From contig CM052817.1 in NCBI GenBank assembly GCA_028534125.1, positions 105,030,001 through 105,094,000 of the forward strand: a stretch of 64,000 nt of DNA, in the 5' to 3' direction. Under the pieces are notes generated by a model. The model ran no database searches, was not told where the DNA came from, and saw only the letters and a program-made list of their open reading frames with translations. Source of the stretch: Lama glama. Its lineage: Eukaryota. Position numbers and translations under genes: made by a program. This document shows positions 55,492 to 64,000 of this stretch, one piece after another (positions within the stretch are counted from its first letter, which is position 1; the number at the start of each line of letters is the position of its first letter).

Positions 55492-58400
55492 TGTGACTCA
55501 TGTTCAGTAAACCTGCTCAAATCTCAAGAGACAGGTAGGCATGATGGGTGCAGAGTGGTGGGAAGAGACGGCAACAGGTTCTTCGAGGAATCAGTTTGCT
55601 TCCGCCTGTCTTCTGGTTTTTTTGTTGCTGTGGAAAATTTTTATTCTTTAACAACTCCCTCTTAAATTTGACTGTTTCGGAGGCTAGATACCCCTTACAT
55701 ATACTTTAATGGACTGTGATTCAAGGGCCCTGGCAATGATGCAGTGTGTGGGCAAATTCTAGAGCTTGAAAATGTGACACTTTGGAGTTTCTTCTATTTA
55801 AGTATTTGCATGACTCCTGAAGTTTGGGAAGTGTCGGAGAGACCTATTATAGCAATCAGCTAGCTAAGTATATTATGTTACATTAGCTACAATTCACTTA
55901 CACTTAAGTAAATTATTGTGTTTTATTTCACGGCACCCACTCATAATCTTTAAAAAAAACTTGTAGAATGTGTTACTTTTATAAAATTGCTTTATATTTC
56001 AAATGCACTGAAATTTTGATATATTCAGGTATATTTATATTTCTGATATTTTGACATATTTAATAAACAATACGACCCAGGACTTTAGCTAGTACTGGTT
56101 TTCCCTATTTAAATGCTTTCCTATTTTGAAAGTATCTAAGACTGTGTCAAAGATAAACAATAAGTTTACTCTGATGCATAAATGAAACACAGAATGACTT
56201 AAGGGAGAAGGGTAGATACTTTCAGGAGAGACCCAAGTTGAACAGAAAAAAAATTCCGAAGCAGAAGAATTACTCATGGTTTTCTGAGACCTAAGAAAGT
56301 AAACTGCCATATTGGATTACTTATTTGTCATTTTCAGACAATAAGGAAACACATAATAAAATCTGAGAACTTAATATTGGAAACAATATATTTTATGGAT
56401 TCTCATATTAAAGGCACAGTTACATGTAGTGTAAGAAAGGCATTTATTAAAGATAAAAATGTATTATTAAGATGCCATTTCCTTACTATACAAATATATT
56501 ATTTCTACCAAGTTTAGAAAATACAGCAAATGCATCAGAATAAGTATTTATACTTATTTAAATCTAAGAGAATGAAGTGATTACCTCCAGAGACAGTGTA
56601 CAGAATGAAAATAATGACATTGGGAAAAAATGAAACTGAGAATTGGCCATCAAGTCTATTAGGAAACTCATAAGGTCTTTGTTTGCTTTTTTACCCACAA
56701 AATCCACTGTAAAGGAGATTGAGAATTAAATTACAATTAAGATGAGAGAGATTTTAACTATTTAACTTGGTAAAATGAAGGTCGTAAGTGATTGTCATTT
56801 TTCCAGTGATTGAGATTGAATCCAGATCAAAAAGGATATGCAGATTTATTTTTATTTGGGTAATATGGAGAATTCCTTATAGTAAAACTCCAACAGCTAC
56901 AAAATGTTAGGAAAGTTCAAAAATTAACATTTAAAAGAAGAACATCCACAGTGATCATTTCACAATATATAAAATGTTGAATCATTATGTTGTACACTTA
57001 AAACTAATATACTGTTACAGATCAATTACCCCTTAATAAATTTTTTAAAATTTTTTTGCAGAAAATTTGCAGAATTTGCAGAAAATACAGACATCATACC
57101 TAATTAAGGGTCAGAAATAAAGACAGAGTAAAGAAACCCAGAGTGATTTGCTATTGTGAAAATTTTAGTTGCTTTAGAGGCTAGACTGTCTATCCGGGCA
57201 GTTTTGATTTTAATGAACAGCAGAGACAACATACATTACCTTGATCTATTGAAAGAGAGAAGTTGGAACTAAAATCCATGAAAAACTAGGACACAGTGTA
57301 AAGAAAGAATAGAAACAATCTATCATTTAAAACAAAAACAAAAACTCACAGAGAAACCTGTCAGCTTTGGCTCATTCTCTAGGTTAGGGAAAAAAAAAGT
57401 TTATTTCATTTTTTTTCAAATATTTATAAAAACTTTCCTCCCCTCCTGCAGGATTCTGTTCAGATTTATACTAATGCATTACAAGTGGAAACATGGTAGC
57501 CAATTAGTTCTGAATCACCTTTCTTTTCATGGAAACAATCCAACGTAATGAAGAAAATATATATTATTTCTTAGAAAAACTAAAGGTCTGGGGAAACCTC
57601 AGATTGTAATTTATATGTAAGTATTCCCCAAAGCAATTCTGATAATCAGAGTATATAGCAGGTCCTACAAAAAGCTATAACAATATAGTAGAAAAAGCAT
57701 GGCTGAAACAGAGGCGTCTAATGAAGCCAGGTCTTTGAAACTATTTTCTCTAGAAGAAACCACTTTGAATGGAAATTGTTACGATTAGGGATAAGATCGA
57801 ATAGTATATGAAAACGGGGATCTGAAAGAGTGAAGTAAAAAGTAATTAGGGGAGCCCAGAGGAGAACAGAAAACACATGAGCAAATAAATCCACCTTCTG
57901 AAAGAAAATATATTACTTTGGAAGGCAGGAGCTTTGTCCCTTTGTGCCTTTTGCAGCAACTGAAGAGCTTATAGCTGGGAAAGGAACACTCCCTAAACCT
58001 GATAAATTCTTAGAGGCATAAGAGGTATAATGTTCCAGAGATGCCAAACGTTGACAAAAGAATATGTCAGTGTCACGACAGAGGGACAGCCCTCGACATG
58101 GAAAAGACGGAGCTGGGCGTGAAGTTTCACTGGGTACCACTTCACCTCATCAGGAAACTCTTGTGAAAAGCTGGTCCAGTAAAATCAAATTATCTTAAAT
58201 ATGCGTAAGAAAAAGTACGGCATAACATTCATCCAAAGACAGTAAGACAGTGGAAAGGAGTTTGTATGAGAGAGAATGAGAACACTAGGAGATAGCCACA
58301 TTCTTTCCCTGCTGTTTTTTTAGAGGGAGCTAAAATCTTCCCATGAAGAAAATTCATAGCATGTTGAAAAGGCACAGTATCTATTTGGGAAAGTTGGTTC

Positions 58401-60327
58401 TAAAGAGCAAACATGGAGACACTTGCTAGTCGTATTCTTGGCCATCAGAGGAGACTTCCCTTTCCTATTTTTAAAGGAGTGCAAAAGTGTCAGATTTTTT
58501 ATGCTAAAATAAGTTGTCTTTAAGAAGATGTAATTTCTGAAAAAGGATCCAGAAAGGATAACGGAGATATAAATCCTTGATAAAGTGAGAAAGAATTCAG
58601 CTCACACAAGAAGAGACTGAAACTGAAAACTAAGGGTTGTCTCTTGCATTTCTTGGTGAAGAAGAAGAAAAAAACAAGCAGACATTGGTATGTTCATAAG
58701 CTTAGTTTTGAGGAGACTGAAGTGTTTCTGACAGCGTCTATTTTCGTGGTGAAATATGAGGTCATCATCAGCTCAAGTTGTGTACTTGATCATGGTAAGG
58801 GGTGAGGGATGTTGGAGCAGTGAGAAAGAAGGTGAAGATGTCACTGTAGAGAAGAGGTGTGAACTTAATGTTGCATCCTTTGTAAAAAGTGGTACCCAAC
58901 AGCGTGAGAAGAGGCTGTTACATGGTATGATAAAAAGCACAAAATATCATGTTTCTCGTGGAAACCACAATGATTATAATACTTTATAATACTCATAATA
59001 TTCAATATTTATAAGAATCATAAGTGGTACATAAATTAAAATTGATGACATCCCACACTCCTGAGTCCAATTCCCATGTATCCGGATGGCAAATGCTAAC
59101 AGTTTGACGGTGTCATGTTTGAAACAATTTTCTCTAAATGCATTGATATATATGTGTGTGTATATATATATGTATTACTTACATATATTTGTATCTATTT
59201 TTTATCTATCTGTCTAGTGAATTTATTTTCTTTTACAAAAGTGGCATCTACTTTTCCTTAGCATCTCTTTCGTTTTCAGTAGGTCAGACCTATTTCACTC
59301 TGGTCCCTATCATACAAGCATATTATGCACTATTTATGTCCTTTCCTATTTTGGAAGATTCAAATAATTGCCAGATTTACTGCTACGAAAGTGCTGTTAT
59401 GAGCAGTTTGCATGTGGATCTGTAAGCACTGGTGAAAGTAAGATTGAACTAACGTCACTTTCTGAAATCTGTTACTTTTAAGTTTCTTACGTGCTGTTTG
59501 CTTATCAGCATGAACTTAGGTGTGTTCTTTTATTACACTTTTCTAGTATTTCCTATGAAAGCAATACATATTTTTCCTGGCTATGTTAATTTTTGCAGGA
59601 CACCTTTTTTTTTTTTAGCATCTTTGTTATTTACTGATTGATATTTCCTAATTCTGGTTAAAATTAAACTTACTTCTCAAAAATGTGTATATGAAAATGT
59701 TAAGAGAACCTAAGATTATTTCCTGACCCCTGAGCTACCTTCTGATGGTAGGTATGTCTGCAGGGTTATTTGGAAATATTGCACCTACATTCTGAGAAGC
59801 AGAGCTGTCAAACATATTAATGTATACAGCACACAAATGATATCTACATATGTGTGTACAACATATAAGATAGAGTGTATATTATTAGATATATAATTAG
59901 TTATGTGAGACAGAGATGTGGATATAAAAACGTGTACACATAGAATATCTTAATAAGGTACAGAAGAAACTGCTAAGAATATTTCTCTCATGAAGAAAAA
60001 TAAGATATTATTTTTACTTTTCATCAACCACTCTTTTGAACATTTGCCTTTTTCAGTATTACACATAGGTATTATCTCAATAATCATTAAACAATTAGGA
60101 ATACATTTTAAAATAAAATGATCTGGATAGCTGGATACCCATTCTGCCTTTCAAGAATGTTAATTCCCCTAATCTCTTGTCTAAGTCCTTATTTAACAAT
60201 AAAATGAGTTAAAATACCACCAAAAAAGAGAGCCAGTAGTTTTAAAGTTCTGAATAATGTTGGATACTCTGCTAAGCACTTAAAATACGTTACAATGTTT
60301 AATGCACACATCCTATCATCAACTTAT

Positions 60328-60329
60328 AT

Positions 60330-60368
<39 letters not shown>

Positions 60369-60588
60369 TATATTTGAAGTATAGTCAGTTTACAATGTTT
60401 GTCAGCTTCTGGTGTACAGCACAGTGCTTCAGTCATATAGGAACATGCATATATTCGTTTTCATATTCTTTTTCATTATAGGTTACAAAATATCAAATAC
60501 AGTTCCAAGTATAAACTTGTTGTTTATCTATTTTATGTATAGTAGTTAGTATTTGCACATCTTGAACTCCCAACTTATCCCTCTCACC
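60328..60588 (-). mobile_element. 5'-truncated L1 with (TTTA)n tail
   Basis: L1 3'UTR motifs; approximate TSD CCTATCATCAACTTAT (60312-60327) / CCTGTCATCGCTTAT (60589-60603). Confidence 0.88.
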
Positions 60589-61599
60589 CCTGTCATCGCT
60601 TATGAAGGTGATGTTTTTAATTTCACTTTTTAAAGGCACACAATTAAGAGGACAAGTCATTTATTAAACACTGAGTAGTTTTAGTTTATAGAGGCAGGAT
60701 TTGCATCCTGCTCTCACTGGCTACAAAATGATCATGCAGGTAATATGTTTACATTACAGTGAACATATGGAAGCCACATATTGACGTAGATGTGTACAAA
60801 GAAAAGGAGGACATATTTTAGAGCAATGGTGTATAAACAATAAAAGAAGCCTAATCAGCAGGAGAGAAATCGGGGGACGAGAAAAATAAAAAGAGAGAAC
60901 AAGTTCGTTGCTGGAACTACTGAGTTTTAAAAAGGCAAAAGAAGCAGAAAGTCACCTGGAGGCTGTTTTATTTCTGTTCTGAAGTTCGGAAGGAGAAGGA
61001 AGTGGCAGGAAGGGGAGGAATACAACAATGACGAGACTTCAAGTGGGAAGGATGTAAAATGAGAGGCGAAAATACATCAGACAGAAATGAAAAAAAGAGG
61101 AACCAGAGAAGCATTGTTAAAGTCATAAACTTGCAGAGAACAATAAAAATATCAGAGTCATAGCAAAAATCAGAATTGAGTGAACCATATAACAAATATA
61201 TCAGAGGTGATTTATTACCTTAATATTCATACAAATTCAAAAAGGTAGGTGATAGTTAATATATACACACATATATACACTATAAAAATAATGATTAAGC
61301 TCTGAGCATAAAATACAACAATCTGAACATAAGAGGCAACAATAAAAAAAAAAGAACAGTTTCCTTTGCAGTGTACGTGTGTGCGTGTGTGTGATAATTG
61401 ACATGTAGTAAATAATGAAGAATTTCTATTCAGACATGAAAGTAAATACCACAAATTCATTGAGAAGCAAAAGTCAGTGATGAATAAAACAAAAACAAAA
61501 ACAAAAAATAATACATATTATTAAACCTACAAAAATAACCTAAGATGGCTAGGATGGTGTATTTCAGAGTGTGAAAATTTAATAATTTGAAATTCAGAA

Positions 61600-63720
61600 G
61601 AAAGGAAGTGATAACTGGTAGGTTTGTAGTTTCTAGTAACTTAAGATAGAATATTGGGATAACTTCCCAGAAGTGACGTGAAAATGATCATATTACCAGT
61701 AGGGCTTGATGCTTATTGTGTGTTTGACAGGAGATTTTCATAAATCATTAGAAATCCCAGGAAAAGAGCTTCCTTTAGACCTTACCAATCATAAGGACAT
61801 CAGAATTGTTAGACGTAAAATTATGTACAAAGGAAGATTCATTAGCAGATAAATTGGGACCCAATAAAGAGAATTTTGAGGATAACAAAGTAGAATGAGA
61901 GAAGTAAAGGAACTAAATTAGATGTGCTAATATCAGTATTAAAATGAGAATAATGATTTAGGAAGATATGGAATCTTTGTATGCGAAGGAGACAAAGAAT
62001 AGTACAGTAATTTCAAAGAAAAATAATCCTATCCTGAAGGAGGGGAAAGTGGAAAGCAGAGAGAAAAATAACTTTGAGCCTGGGAAAATTCTATGTGTAG
62101 GGAGGGGAAAAAATGTGTGAAATATACATGAGTTTTTAAAAAGAAGCATAAAGAAGAGATGGAAAACGGCAAGATCTAGAAACTCAAATGACCCCTTCTT
62201 TGTGAATAATTTATAAGCCTGTATCATCTTCTAAGAACTTTTCTTATAGATGCCATTTCCACAAAGAAAGAAAATCCAGCTATCAAAAACCTGCATAAAG
62301 TCCTTTTTTCAGTTTCAAATCTTTTATGTGTTGAGGAAGACAGGAGTGTGCAGGCACGGGGTCAGGGATGTGTGCAAGCGAGTCAGGTGTAATAGACAGT
62401 TGGTAACACTCTTCTCCAAGAGAACTGCTCAAGTGTCCAAAATGGACCGATTTTTAGATAATTTTCTTTCTTAAAGTGAATATTTACATTAGTGTTAGAC
62501 CAAAAATGAAGAAAGCGTTACAGATCCTAAGTGGAGGTAGCAATGAATTATGACAAAGTTAACCCACTTTTTAACCAATCCCCAACCCCCAGATAAAATT
62601 GTATGCATAGCAGAAACATCCAAGTCTCCTCCAGGTTACTGTACCCCGGATCTTCCCAGCACGTAATGTTATTCTGACTTTGTGAACCAAAGATCTCTTC
62701 TTGGCCTGTTTTTGAACTTAACCATATGGAAGTGTACAAATATGTATCCTTTCATAATTAACCTCTTTCACTCAATAGCGCATTTGAAAATTTCCACTAT
62801 GTTCTTGGATGGAGAGGTAGTTTGTTTCTATTCTTTGTACAATACTCTATGTTGAGGATATACTACAACTTAAATGTACATTTTATTGTTGGTATAAATT
62901 AAGTTGTTCACTTTTGTAGCTATTATGGCTAATATGACAAAAAATTTCTTAGAAGTAACTTTGGGGGAAAATATTACATACCTGATTTAGGTAAATCCCA
63001 GGAAACTACTGGCTTATAGAATTTGTATATATTTAACTTATTAGATGCCATCAATTATTTTTCCCCACAATGACTTTAACAATTTCCTGACCCAGCAACT
63101 GTGTAAGAGAGGACATCAAGGTATAAAGCATGTTCATTCACACAGTAGAAAACTCGGTCTTGCTAAGATGCCAACCCTCCTTAAAATGATCTATAGATTT
63201 GATGCAATCCTAATTAAAATTTCTAACATGCTTTAGTTTTAGTAGAATTTTACGAGCTGAATCTAAAATTTATAGCTGTATAAAAATTCTTAAAGGAAAT
63301 AATCTTGAAATAGTAAAATCATGTTAGCATATTTATTACTATGTTTCAAGAATTATTATAAAGTTACAGTAATCAAGATAGAGTTTCACTGGCCTATGGT
63401 TAAAAAAATGTTTCAACAGAACAAAACAAAATGTCCAGAAATAGACTCACATAAATACACTGTGAAAATAAATAAAGGAAAGTGTTTCAATAAAAGATTT
63501 TAGATAATTTTTAAAAGCTATCCACTGACTTGAGTAACATAAAAATTATTAATAAATACATCCAGATTGGTTCTAGTAGAATTTTAAGGACCATCCAAAC
63601 TCAGATCTTTGGTGAATTCAATAAATTTATGATTTTGTAAGTTTTTCAATTTTTCTTATTATTAAGATGGCTATAATGCTTTTTCATCTTTCTATATCAT
63701 AAACAGAAACCAGAATATGT
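61600..63720. mobile_element. Cluster of highly degenerate old L1 fragments in both orientations
   Basis: IYRFDAILIKI-like ORF2 remnant at about 63190-63225 (+); L1ME-like 3'UTR at about 62500-63110 (-); ORF1-like A-rich stretches. Confidence 0.55.
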
Positions 63721-63965
63721 ATTTTATTTGTAAGAATGACTCACGGTTAGCAGTAGACACTGTCATGAAACACACTTACTACATGGCAGTAGCTAAAACT
63801 ACGCTGGATGATTCAATTGTGATCAAATCATTCCCTACACACTCTTATCCTGGTTCCTGGAAATGTTAAGTTTTGACTCCATGTGTCGGTGTTTCTACTT
63901 TTGCTTTTGACTTCACATCAGTAGATATCTTCAAAGAAAAATATCCCTAGATTGGCCATTAAGTC

Positions 63966-64000
63966 TTTTTTTAATTTTATTTTATTGAGTTATAGTTACA
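63966..64000 (-). mobile_element. Start of another L1 tail, cut by the window edge
   Basis: T-rich tail then TATTGAGTTATAGTTACA, like other L1 3' ends here. Confidence 0.55.

Noticed and set aside
57690..58150. Possible coding exons (MAETEASNEARS..., ATEELIAGKG...)
   Set aside because: Frames close within 30 codons, no recognisable homology and no consistent donor.

Overview
Mammalian, AT-rich, repeat-dense non-genic DNA, most likely camelid (two tRNA-derived SINEs of the Vic-1 type). I cannot support any intact protein-coding gene; almost all ORF-track entries are repeat or low-complexity noise. The centrepiece is a nested insertion complex at about 21.2-27.6 kb. A minus-strand L1 carries a near full-length processed SUCLG1 pseudogene (succinyl-CoA ligase alpha), which is itself split by a 675-bp solo LTR with a perfect 6-bp TSD; the same L1 also holds a SINE and an ERV1-type LTR. 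The 5' half of the retrocopy and the adjacent L1 show an unexpected AT->GC/CpG gain, suggesting a GC-biased gene conversion footprint. Also present: a divergent pair of CTCF-like motifs (31.0 and 34.3 kb), several enhancer-like unique segments, a Glu/Asp-encoding (GAN)n tract, a 140-bp local duplication abutting telomere-like repeats, and a 500-N scaffold gap. Repeat family names and comparisons with mammalian SUCLG1 are from recall, not from a database search.
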